DNA of 64,000 bases. It comes from an uncultured Ectothiorhodospiraceae bacterium (GTDB lineage: Bacteria; Pseudomonadota; Gammaproteobacteria; UBA9214). Of this stretch, positions 18,904 to 26,757 are shown piece by piece. The position numbers and the translations under genes are program-made. The DNA is taken from positions 686 to 64,685 of the forward strand of contig CAMYIO010000002.1 in the NCBI GenBank assembly GCA_947258515.1, written 5' to 3'. Every line of letters starts with the position of its first letter. Position 1 is the stretch's first letter. The notes below the pieces were generated by a model, which made no database searches, was not told the origin of the DNA, and worked only from the letters and a program-made list of their open reading frames with translations.

Positions 18904-19977
18904 ATGTCCAGCATGGAAGCAACAGCAGAAATTGAACTCGGGTCACTGCCGAATGCCGCTCAAAAGGCCGGATCGCGCAAGGCCATACAGGATAACCTGG
19001 CAATCATTCGCGAGCAGGGACGTGTCCCGCGCGAGATGGATACCAGTGTCTTTCGAGGTGCACACCTGATCGGTGAAGACCTTTCCGGTCTCGATCTCTC
19101 CGGCCTTGATCTTGGCGGTGCCGATTTGAGTCGCGCCAATCTCTCCAGCAGTAAACTGATAGGTGTCAGGCTGGCCAGGTCCGTTCTGTTTGAAGCAGAT
19201 CTGACCGGGTGCGAATTGCTGTCTGCAGATCTCACCGAAGCAAATCTGAGCTCGTGTCGTGCTGCCGGTGCCGGTTTTGAATCCGCCAACCTTGCCAATG
19301 CAATCATGTTCAGCGCCGAACTGAAGGGCGCCACGTTTACCAAGGCAAATTTGCGGGGTGCTGACATGCGCCGTGCGGATTTGCAGGATACGCGGATGAG
19401 GGAAGCGGATATCAGTGATGTGGACCTAACCCGGTGTAAAATGCAAAGCGCCGATCTTGAAGGCAGCTGTGTGGATAATGCAACGCTTATGGATGCGGAC
19501 CTGTGTCATTCCCGACTGCGTGGTTTGAAGGGATATGCCACCGCCAACTGGATTGGTGCCGATGTTCACGGTGTGAATTTCACTGGCGCGTACCTGACCC
19601 GCAGGACTATTATGGACCAGAACTACCTGCATGAGTTCCGCACCCAGAGCCGCGCTAACGCGGTGGTGTACTGGCTCTGGTGGTTGACCTCGGACTGCGG
19701 GCGCAGTTTTCTTCGCTGGGGTGCATGCATATTCCTGTTACTGTGTTTGTTTGCGGTGCTGTTCAGCTTTGTCGCAATTGATTACGGGGAATACCCCACA
19801 TCAATTTCATCTTTCTACTACAGTGTGGTGACACTGACAACGCTTGGCTATGGCGATGTGCTGCCGGCATCTTTGGCCGCGCAGGTCCTGGCGATGATTG
19901 AAGTCGTCATCGGTTATGTCATGCTTGGCGGCTTGTTAAGCATTTTTGCCAACAAGATGTCGCGCCGCGCAGACTGA
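18904..19977 (+). CDS. Pentapeptide-repeat domain fused to a 2-TM potassium-channel pore
   Basis: About 200 aa of A(D/N)LXX-type repeats (DLSGLDLSGLDLGGADLSRANLSSSKL...) precede TM1, a pore helix with the TLGYGD selectivity filter, and TM2. The track ORF starts at 18535 inside the upstream kinase. I chose ATG 18904; ATG 18808 is possible. Confidence 0.75.
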   Translation: MSSMEATAEIELGSLPNAAQKAGSRKAIQDNLAIIREQGRVPREMDTSVFRGAHLIGEDLSGLDLSGLDLGGADLSRANLSSSKLIGVRLARSVLFEADLTGCELLSADLTEANLSSCRAAGAGFESANLANAIMFSAELKGATFTKANLRGADMRRADLQDTRMREADISDVDLTRCKMQSADLEGSCVDNATLMDADLCHSRLRGLKGYATANWIGADVHGVNFTGAYLTRRTIMDQNYLHEFRTQSRANAVVYWLWWLTSDCGRSFLRWGACIFLLLCLFAVLFSFVAIDYGEYPTSISSFYYSVVTLTTLGYGDVLPASLAAQVLAMIEVVIGYVMLGGLLSIFANKMSRRAD

Positions 19978-19990
19978 TGGTGGACCTCGC

Positions 19991-20839
19991 ATGCTGAATA
20001 TTTTCAAAAAGAGAGAAATCGATCCCAAGGAGCAAATGAAGGCTGTCCTGGGTGATTACAAGTTGCCCAGTTTCCCGCTTATTATCCTGAATGTACTGGA
20101 GAAGGTGCGCGATGCAGATGAATCTGCTTCAGAAATATCGGAGCTGGTGGCAACCGATCCGGGTCTTTCTGTCAGGGTCCTGACAACCGTGAATTCAGCC
20201 GCCTATGCACTCAAGCACAAGGTAAACAATATTGATCATGCCGTGTCACTGATGGGGCGCGGCGAACTCGAGTCAATACTGATTTCAATGGCGGTTCATG
20301 AAGTCATACCTACCGAGAGCATTCCGGGATTTGATGCACACAGGTTCTGGGTGGCTGCCGCACGTCGCGCTGCACTGGCGCGCGGGTTGGCTGACCTGAT
20401 TGACCCTTCGTCGCGCTCTGAAAGTTTTACGGCTGCATTACTGCAGGACATGGCCATACCGATACTTGCCCGGCAGAGGGCTGATGATTATGGCCCGGTT
20501 CTCGTGCACTGGTATTCAAATGGCTGTGACCTGGCAACGCTGGAGCGTGAGACATTCGACTGGGACCATGCCACGGTTGCCATGTGGATGTGTGATGACT
20601 GGGGATTCCCCGAGCGCATTAGCGAGGCAATCGGTGCCCACCACGGGACCAATGATGATCTGGTGGCGTTGCCAGCAGTCAGTCTGGTTGGTGTCTTGCG
20701 TGAACAGGACGATACTACGGGTGTGGATGAGCTTGTCGAGAGCGCCTTTGAAAACTATGGTTTGTCCAAGGACCAGGTGGTGGAACTGGTTGATACCAGC
20801 TTTGCTGCTGCGGAAGATATTGCACGCATGTTCTCCTGA
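19991..20839 (+). CDS. HDOD domain protein
   Basis: LPSFPLIILNVLEKVRD...ELVATDPGLSVRVLTTVNSAAYALKHKVNNIDHAVSLMG is characteristic of HDOD. ATG 19991 lies 14 nt after the channel stop. Confidence 0.8.
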   Translation: MLNIFKKREIDPKEQMKAVLGDYKLPSFPLIILNVLEKVRDADESASEISELVATDPGLSVRVLTTVNSAAYALKHKVNNIDHAVSLMGRGELESILISMAVHEVIPTESIPGFDAHRFWVAAARRAALARGLADLIDPSSRSESFTAALLQDMAIPILARQRADDYGPVLVHWYSNGCDLATLERETFDWDHATVAMWMCDDWGFPERISEAIGAHHGTNDDLVALPAVSLVGVLREQDDTTGVDELVESAFENYGLSKDQVVELVDTSFAAAEDIARMFS

Positions 20840-20882
20840 GTCGCTGTCAGTTGCGCGATCGTTTCCTGCGTAGCAGCCAGAA

Positions 20883-21620
20883 CTACGCGTTCTCCGATAT
20901 AAAAGTCCCGCTTTGTGCGTAAAAGTGCAGTGTCAGGAACTCCGCACCAATCACATAGTGCTTGCCTCCGTTATGCTGTTGGCAATGCGTGACTCGCGCA
21001 ACTGCCGAGAGAACATGACTGACGATCCTGATTACCTGGCCATCTTCAAGCCGGCAACTCGTCGAGAACTGCATGCCTTGAGGAGAGAGGTCCCTGGTTG
21101 ATCCGGACTTTCCTGTTGTTTCCTCCGGGTGTGTGAAATACCGGATGGCACCACGGTGCGATGTTCGTTGCAATGCCCGTCCGGTCTTTCCTGCCAGTTG
21201 CAGTCGAACTACCGGCTTCAGCGGGCTGTGGCAGTGGCCGCAATCGCTTGTGTTGCTGTAGCGAAACCCGGCAGGTTTTGGTGCGCCGCAAAACAGGCAT
21301 ACAGGCCGACCTTGACTGTCGTGGGACGGTTTCGCAGATTTACGCTGTTGTTGTTTTTCCCTGCCACGTCCCTGCTTTCCCGATTGCTGGCGTGAGGTTC
21401 TGCATTTATACAGAAACTGCTGGTCATAGGCGCTGCGTTTCTCCGGGTTCGTCAGTACTGCATAAGCTTCATTGAGTATTGATGCGTTCCAGCTGTCACC
21501 GCCAAGGTCCGGGTGGTGTTTCAGTTTTTGCATCAGGGTACGGTAACTGGCCTTGATTATTTCGCTGGGTGCGTCCGGCTGTACATGGAGGATACGATAA
21601 TAATTACGTTTGTTTTTCAT
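20883..21620 (-). CDS. J-domain (DnaJ-like) / Cys4 zinc-ribbon / PilZ-domain fusion protein
   Basis: N-terminal J domain with HPD (YYRILHVQPDAPSEIIKASYRTLMQKLKHHPDLGG...AYAVLTNPEKRSAYD), CLFCG...CGHC in the middle, and C-terminal PilZ signatures RTSHR and DLSPQG. Confidence 0.75.
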   Translation of the reverse strand: MKNKRNYYRILHVQPDAPSEIIKASYRTLMQKLKHHPDLGGDSWNASILNEAYAVLTNPEKRSAYDQQFLYKCRTSRQQSGKQGRGREKQQQRKSAKPSHDSQGRPVCLFCGAPKPAGFRYSNTSDCGHCHSPLKPVVRLQLAGKTGRALQRTSHRGAIRYFTHPEETTGKSGSTRDLSPQGMQFSTSCRLEDGQVIRIVSHVLSAVARVTHCQQHNGGKHYVIGAEFLTLHFYAQSGTFISENA

Positions 21621-21659
21621 GTTGTTACCAGGCGCTGTAGGAAAATGAGGAGTCCAGGG

Positions 21660-22133
21660 TCAACCAATCGCCTCTCTGTATAACAGATAATCAGCAAGCG
21701 TATCCTGTCCCGCGCTGAAATCGAGGAATCTCAAACCTACCCGGGACATGTTGTGCCTGGTTCTGCGGGCATAGACAGTCTCGCACTGCACACTTACCGC
21801 ATCGAAAGGGTCAAGATTGCTCGGTAAAGTAAAGCAGATCTGAACGATAGTCGGTTTGCATCTGAATAATCGCAGAACGCAGGCTTTCAGGCAGTCCGCC
21901 ATCTGCCGATTGCCCAGCAGATGCAATCCGCTTTCCGAGAGTGAAACTACCGTGCCCTTCATGTTTTTGCCTGTTCCTGTAATTAATTCGGCTGAAATAC
22001 GGGTATCAACGCTGATACCTTTCGGCCGCCAGAATAACGGGCTGCCATTATCAATGTGTGGCTTTCCTGATTCGCTCGCGAGTGTTGTCGTGAAGGCACG
22101 AATGGTTTTTGACAGATTTGAATTGATCGCCAT
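21660..22133 (-). CDS. Small PilZ-like protein (degenerate c-di-GMP motifs)
   Basis: GTVVSLSESGLHLLG resembles the D/NxSxxG strand of PilZ, but no clear RxxxR precedes it. ATG 22133 (AAGGA upstream) is preferred over the track start 22169. Confidence 0.5.
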   Translation of the reverse strand: MAINSNLSKTIRAFTTTLASESGKPHIDNGSPLFWRPKGISVDTRISAELITGTGKNMKGTVVSLSESGLHLLGNRQMADCLKACVLRLFRCKPTIVQICFTLPSNLDPFDAVSVQCETVYARRTRHNMSRVGLRFLDFSAGQDTLADYLLYREAIG

Positions 22134-22353
22134 CAGAGGAATCCTTTCCTTGTCTTGATATAACTGCATGAGGAAGCATCCGTGTTCCTCTGTGTAGCTA
22201 TCGACCCTGATGCTATGCCCTTAAACCGGCATCCTCATTATCGAAAATCGGGAGGATTGCTGCAATCAATTGCTTGTTCAGGCTACTTGAGCAGAACTAT
22301 ATAACAAGGAATACAGCTCCTGGACGTGTTGCTAATGAGTAGTCAAGGCTCTC

Positions 22354-22380
22354 TAAAGTTCCCTTGCCACAGGACGCTAA
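22354..22380 (+). promoter_or_regulatory. Sigma-28 (FliA)-type promoter candidate for fliC
   Basis: TAAAG-N14-GACGCTAA versus the consensus TAAAG-N14-GCCGATAA (6/8 in the -10 element), ~115 nt upstream of the fliC ATG. Confidence 0.45.
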
Positions 22381-22494
22381 GGTGTACGGAGGCGGTGAAT
22401 ATCACACTCCAGTGATATATCTGCCAAATTTGAAACTGGTTCCAGGGAAGGGAATTAAGACCAGTACCTTGCCTGGACAAAAAGGAGATTTACC

Positions 22495-23313
22495 ATGGCA
22501 CTTTCTATCAACACTAATGTAATGTCGCTGACTGCCCAGCGTAATCTGTCCAGCACCCAAACCGGCCTGGCAACCGCAATGGAGCGTCTGTCATCCGGCC
22601 TGCGCGTCAACAGCGCCAAGGATGACGCCGCCGGTCTGGCGATTGCCAGCCGCATGGATGCCCAGACGCGTGGTATGAATGTTGCGATCCGTAATGCAGG
22701 TGATGGAATATCACTGGCCCAGACGGCGGAAGGTGGTTTGAATGAAATCACCAATATGTTACAGCGTATGCGTGAACTGGCGGTGCAGGGCGCCAATGCC
22801 ACTAACGGCGCAGGCGACCTGGCAAACCTCAATGCTGAGTATGCGGCACTGGGTGCTGAAATCAATCGTCAGATTGCAGCCACGTCATTCAACGGTATTT
22901 CCGTGCTCGCCACTGCTGGTAACCAGGTGTTCCAGGTAGGCGCCAACGAAAACGAAACTATCACAGTGGCGACCACTGATATGGCTGTTGCGACTGGTGA
23001 TATCGCTCTTGCGGTAGCCGGTAATCTGACGACTGGCGCTGCTGCGGCTATTACCCTCGTCGATAATGCACTGGATGATGTTACCACCACCCGTGCAACT
23101 TACGGTGCGGTGCAGAACCGTTTCCAGTCTGTCATTAACAACCTGCAGGTGGCCTCTGAGAACCAGGCCGCAGCACGCGGGCGGATTATGGATGCCGACT
23201 TTGCAGCGGAAACAGCCAACATGACGCGCTTCCAGATCCTGCAGCAGGCAGGTACGGCGATGGTGGCTCAGGCGAATGCTGCTCCGCAGTCGGTACTCTC
23301 GCTGTTGCAGTAG
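22495..23313 (+). CDS. fliC: Flagellin (short, 272 aa)
   Basis: MALSINTNVMSLTAQRNLSSTQ...RLSSGLRVNSAKDDAAGLAIA... with C-terminal DADFAAETANMTRFQILQQAGTAMVAQANAAPQSVLSLLQ. Confidence 0.95.
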   Translation: MALSINTNVMSLTAQRNLSSTQTGLATAMERLSSGLRVNSAKDDAAGLAIASRMDAQTRGMNVAIRNAGDGISLAQTAEGGLNEITNMLQRMRELAVQGANATNGAGDLANLNAEYAALGAEINRQIAATSFNGISVLATAGNQVFQVGANENETITVATTDMAVATGDIALAVAGNLTTGAAAAITLVDNALDDVTTTRATYGAVQNRFQSVINNLQVASENQAAARGRIMDADFAAETANMTRFQILQQAGTAMVAQANAAPQSVLSLLQ

Positions 23314-23326
23314 TTGTAAAACACCA

Positions 23327-23361
23327 GGGATTGCCGGGCAGGGACGCCCGGCAATCCCTTT
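23327..23361 (+). terminator. Rho-independent terminator after fliC
   Basis: GGGATTGCCGGGC-AGGGAC-GCCCGGCAATCCC, a perfect 13-bp stem, followed by TTT. Confidence 0.8.
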
Positions 23362-23371
23362 AAACTAGCAG

Positions 23372-23758
23372 GTGAATGACATGATAAACATGAACTCACA
23401 GCTGGTACCCCAGCAAGGAATGGGGGTTAATGCCACGTTGACAGCCAGTCGCAAGTTACCGCAGGCTGTCGTTGCCGAGAACACATCCCGGGAAGAAATT
23501 ATTACGGAAGTTCAAGGCGGTATGAATACACAGTCAGTTGAAGAGCTGACAGAGGCAATAAACCAGCTCAATGGATATCTGGAGGAGACCCATCGCGACC
23601 TCCGCTTTACTATCGATGATGATAGTGGACGAACTATTGTCCGTGTCATTGATACCGAAACTGATGAAGTAATCCGACAAATACCGTCGGAAGAAATGCT
23701 GGTAGTGATCCGGCATTTCAGTGAAATGACCGGCAAGATATTCGATGAAGTCGCCTGA
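23372..23758 (+). CDS. flaG: FlaG-family flagellar protein
   Basis: C-terminal LRFTIDDDSGRTIVRVIDTETDEVIRQIPSEEML is typical of FlaG, and the position between fliC and fliD fits. The start is uncertain (GTG 23372 or ATG 23381). Confidence 0.8.
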   Translation: MNDMINMNSQLVPQQGMGVNATLTASRKLPQAVVAENTSREEIITEVQGGMNTQSVEELTEAINQLNGYLEETHRDLRFTIDDDSGRTIVRVIDTETDEVIRQIPSEEMLVVIRHFSEMTGKIFDEVA

Positions 23759-23825
23759 CCTCTGCTTGCCTGTCAGGCGCTTCTATTGACAGTAATGTAA
23801 TCATAAATTACCGGGGAAGGCGCTC

Positions 23826-25217
23826 ATGTTAAGTGCGGCAGGGATTGGATCCGGTCTGGACGTTGACTCGATTGTCAGCCAGTTGATGACGTTTGAACGC
23901 CGTCCCCTGGTCAGCTTGCAGAATCAACTGACGGATATCGACGCCAGGGTCAGTGCCTATGGCGAATTGAAAAGCGCCCTGGCTACTTTCCAGTCTGCCA
24001 TGAAGGACCTCAGTACGCCTGCAGCATTGAAGGTGTTTACTACCACGTCCGGAAATGACGAGGTTTTCACTGCTTCGGCTACCAGCACCGCTGCTGCCTC
24101 CAGCTTCCAGATTGATGTTGTCCGACTTGCAGAACGACACAAGTTTGCTTCCGCTGAAATGCTGGATACCGATACCATCGGTGGCAAGAACAACGATGCA
24201 CTAAATATCCAGGTCGGTTCCGACCCGGCCAATACCCTGACGGTCGATCTCAGTACCGCCAGCACCCTCGGTGACATCCGTGATGCCATCAACACCGATG
24301 CCGCCAACCCGGGCGTGACCGCCACGCTGGTCTTTGGCAATGATGGTAACCAGAAGCTGGTATTGACGGCGCGTGACAGTGGTGCTGAGAATGCGCTGAC
24401 CATTTCATCCTCGGGCCTTTCAAATCCGGGCAATGGCAATGGCAATGGCAATGGAGCCGGAACGGACTTCGGTTTTCAGGAAATCAATAATATCGGCGGC
24501 AATACCGCGCTGCTGGATGCTGAGATCAGTGTCGATGGCTATAGCGTCACGCGCGCCAGCAACACCATCGATGACGTGATCACGGGGGTGACCCTCGACC
24601 TGCACAATGCCGATCCGGGTATACCCTACACCCTCGATATTGCGCGTGATACCGCAGCCGTGGCCGAATCAGTACAGGCCTTTGCTGATGCCTATAACGG
24701 AATGATGACGTCCATCGATACCCTGCGTGACAAGGGGCTGGCTACTGACAGTGCCTTGTTCAGCATCGAGCGGGGGTTGCGTGGCGTCATCAACACACCT
24801 GCGTCCGGTTTGAGTAGTGGTTACGCCTACCTGGCCCAGATTGGTGTCACCTTTTCCAGAGAAGGCATAATGACCGTCAATACAGCAGCCGTGGAAAGTG
24901 TGCTCGTCAATAATTTTAATGCCGTCTCGGAATTGTTCTCCACGGATGGCCAGGGCTTTGCCAACCGCCTGGATACACAGGTTGATGGCTGGCTGGATAT
25001 TGATGGTCTGATCAACGGGCGTACTGACGGGCTTGATAGTCAGAAAAGATTATTGCAAACACGTGAACAATCGCTGGAATACCGCATGGGGCAAATAGAA
25101 GCAGGCCTGTATGCACAGTTTACCCGACTGGATACCTTGCTCGGCAATATGCAGGGAACCAGCGATTACCTGGGTCAGCAACTACAGTTGTTACCCGGTT
25201 TTGGTAATGAAAGCTAG
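23826..25217 (+). CDS. fliD: Flagellar filament cap protein FliD
   Basis: N-terminal GIGSGLDVDSIVSQLMTFERRPL and C-terminal coiled-coil region (...QFTRLDTLLGNMQGTSDYLGQQL). Confidence 0.9.
   Translation: MLSAAGIGSGLDVDSIVSQLMTFERRPLVSLQNQLTDIDARVSAYGELKSALATFQSAMKDLSTPAALKVFTTTSGNDEVFTASATSTAAASSFQIDVVRLAERHKFASAEMLDTDTIGGKNNDALNIQVGSDPANTLTVDLSTASTLGDIRDAINTDAANPGVTATLVFGNDGNQKLVLTARDSGAENALTISSSGLSNPGNGNGNGNGAGTDFGFQEINNIGGNTALLDAEISVDGYSVTRASNTIDDVITGVTLDLHNADPGIPYTLDIARDTAAVAESVQAFADAYNGMMTSIDTLRDKGLATDSALFSIERGLRGVINTPASGLSSGYAYLAQIGVTFSREGIMTVNTAAVESVLVNNFNAVSELFSTDGQGFANRLDTQVDGWLDIDGLINGRTDGLDSQKRLLQTREQSLEYRMGQIEAGLYAQFTRLDTLLGNMQGTSDYLGQQLQLLPGFGNES
24429..24452 (+). repeat. (GGCAAT)x4 in-frame hexanucleotide repeat in fliD (encodes GNGNGNGN)
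   Basis: Read directly from the sequence; it lies in the variable central part of FliD. Confidence 0.9.
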
Positions 25218-25249
25218 CCTGAAATCCAGACCCTGATCTGATAAATGGT

Positions 25250-25265
25250 TGGCTCAATAGTTGCA
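25250..25265 (+). promoter_or_regulatory. Sigma-54 promoter candidate upstream of fliS
   Basis: TGGCTC-AATAG-TTGCA with canonical spacing, in the fliD-fliS spacer ~55 nt upstream of the fliS ATG. Confidence 0.45.
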
Positions 25266-25320
25266 TTGTTTAGCTCGTGAGTGCCGATCAGCCGAAATTA
25301 CATGTAAGGAAACGATCAAG

Positions 25321-25755
25321 ATGAATAAGCCAGGAGAGAAGGGCGCCGCAGGCCAGTACGCTGCAGTGGGGACACAGACCGGTGTTACGGAGGCAACACC
25401 TCACCGTTTGATACAAATGCTGCTCGATGGCGCACTCGACAAGATAGCCAGGGCCAGGGGCGCGATGCAGCGCAAGGAGATAGCAGAAAAGGGCAATAAC
25501 ATCAGCAGTGCCTGTTCCATCGTCAATGGTTTGTGTGACAGCCTGGATATGGACGCGGGTGGTGAGATGGCTGCCAATCTGGCAAACCTTTACAATTACA
25601 TGATCCGACGATTGATGGAGGGGCACGCGGCCAATGACCCGGTCGCGCTGGACGAGGTTGCCAGTCTGTTGCGTGAGATAAAGTGCGGCTGGGACGCTAT
25701 CCCGAGTGAAGCCATCAATGGCGGCGAGATGGTGAAATCAATGGTCGGCACATAA
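25321..25755 (+). CDS. fliS: Flagellin-specific chaperone FliS
   Basis: ATPHRLIQMLLDGALDKIARARGAM...NLANLYNYMIRRL is typical of FliS. ATG 25321 is preferred to the track's TTG 25261, which overlaps the promoter. Confidence 0.9.
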   Translation: MNKPGEKGAAGQYAAVGTQTGVTEATPHRLIQMLLDGALDKIARARGAMQRKEIAEKGNNISSACSIVNGLCDSLDMDAGGEMAANLANLYNYMIRRLMEGHAANDPVALDEVASLLREIKCGWDAIPSEAINGGEMVKSMVGT

Positions 25756-25781
25756 GTCCGCCTGTCATTTACTATCGCAAT

Positions 25782-26102
25782 ATGGATACTTCAGTCAGGC
25801 AGGAACAGCTGAATGTGCTGGTCGAGGTCAGTCGGCGTATGCAGGCATGTGCCGGGACGGGGGACTGGGAGACGGTCAATCATTTACAGGAACAGAGCCA
25901 GCAACTTGCAGGCGAGCTGTTCACAGAAGCCATTACAGCCGCAGATGTACAACTGGTCTCTGCAGCTGTTAATGAAGTGCTGAAGATAAATGCTCGTGTC
26001 GCGGAGTTGTGTGTCGAGGCTCGCGATGTATGTCTTGGGGAAATGGACAAATTTAAACAAAGCCGTCGGGCTGTAAAGGAGTATTCGGAAAATTCGGGAT
26101 GA
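25782..26102 (+). CDS. FliT-like flagellar chaperone (tentative)
   Basis: 106-aa helical protein immediately after fliS, with a ..GDWETVNHLQEQSQQL.. pattern as in FliT-like proteins. Sequence evidence is weak. Confidence 0.5.
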   Translation: MDTSVRQEQLNVLVEVSRRMQACAGTGDWETVNHLQEQSQQLAGELFTEAITAADVQLVSAAVNEVLKINARVAELCVEARDVCLGEMDKFKQSRRAVKEYSENSG

Positions 26103-26280
26103 TCATCCGGGGCCCTTCATCCCTGTCATGTGCAAAATAGAATAATAATAGCTACAAAATGTTGAACGGCATCGAGCACAGCGCCATGAAGAAGAATGCA
26201 GCAGATATTTTCCCGGGCTTTGCAGTTACCCGGTCTTTATGTAATTCCTGTCCCTGCTTTTGTCCTGCAGCAAGCGAATT

Positions 26281-26757
26281 TCAGCTCAATGGCTCAAGGC
26301 CGGTCTCCCTGGTCCAGACCAGCCAGCTGATGATCTTGAACTTCGAGATCGAGATCGCTCCCCGGTTGCTGCGGCTCGAAGAGCTGGACATGGCTTCCTC
26401 AACCTCTTCACGTGATGCCTCATAAATTTCACAGGGTTCGTAATCTTCATCCATAATCACGAGGACCACCGTGTCCCAGTCACCATTGGGATTCAGTTGT
26501 CCAATGCGAGCCCCGGATTTCTTGTCCCGGGAAAGGACGCGTGATTTGACCTGGATGCGTTGTCCTTCACGATCGCCCTGGCCAATAGCGTCGATTCCCC
26601 CTGTCCGCTGTTCACACAAGGTCAGCCCCAGGATCCGCGCGGCATCGTGACGTGCAATCTCGCCGGATACCGGCAGGACCTGGCCGGTTGAACGCCGGAA
26701 TTCAGCTGCCAGGCGTCGTGTCTCTGCAATCAGCTTGTCGATTGAATAAACGGTCAC
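26281..26757 (-). CDS. Hypothetical protein (158 aa), possible PD-(D/E)xK-like nuclease fold
   Basis: Lone minus-strand ORF flanked by non-coding DNA (about 180 nt on one side, 590 nt on the other) inside the flagellar cluster. GTG start with a weak SD. The GGIDAIG...RIQVKSR spacing resembles D...(E/Q)xK. I cannot name a family. Confidence 0.5.
   Translation of the reverse strand: MTVYSIDKLIAETRRLAAEFRRSTGQVLPVSGEIARHDAARILGLTLCEQRTGGIDAIGQGDREGQRIQVKSRVLSRDKKSGARIGQLNPNGDWDTVVLVIMDEDYEPCEIYEASREEVEEAMSSSSSRSNRGAISISKFKIISWLVWTRETGLEPLS

Noticed and set aside
20400-20873. 157-aa plus-strand ORF overlapping the 3' half of the HDOD gene in another frame.
   Set aside because: The HDOD frame carries the recognisable domain, whereas the alternative frame is Arg/Cys/Trp-rich and has no motif.
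24429-24452. Tandem repeats considered as a possible CRISPR or minisatellite.
   Set aside because: These are 6-nt in-frame units inside fliD. No repeat-spacer architecture occurs anywhere in the window.
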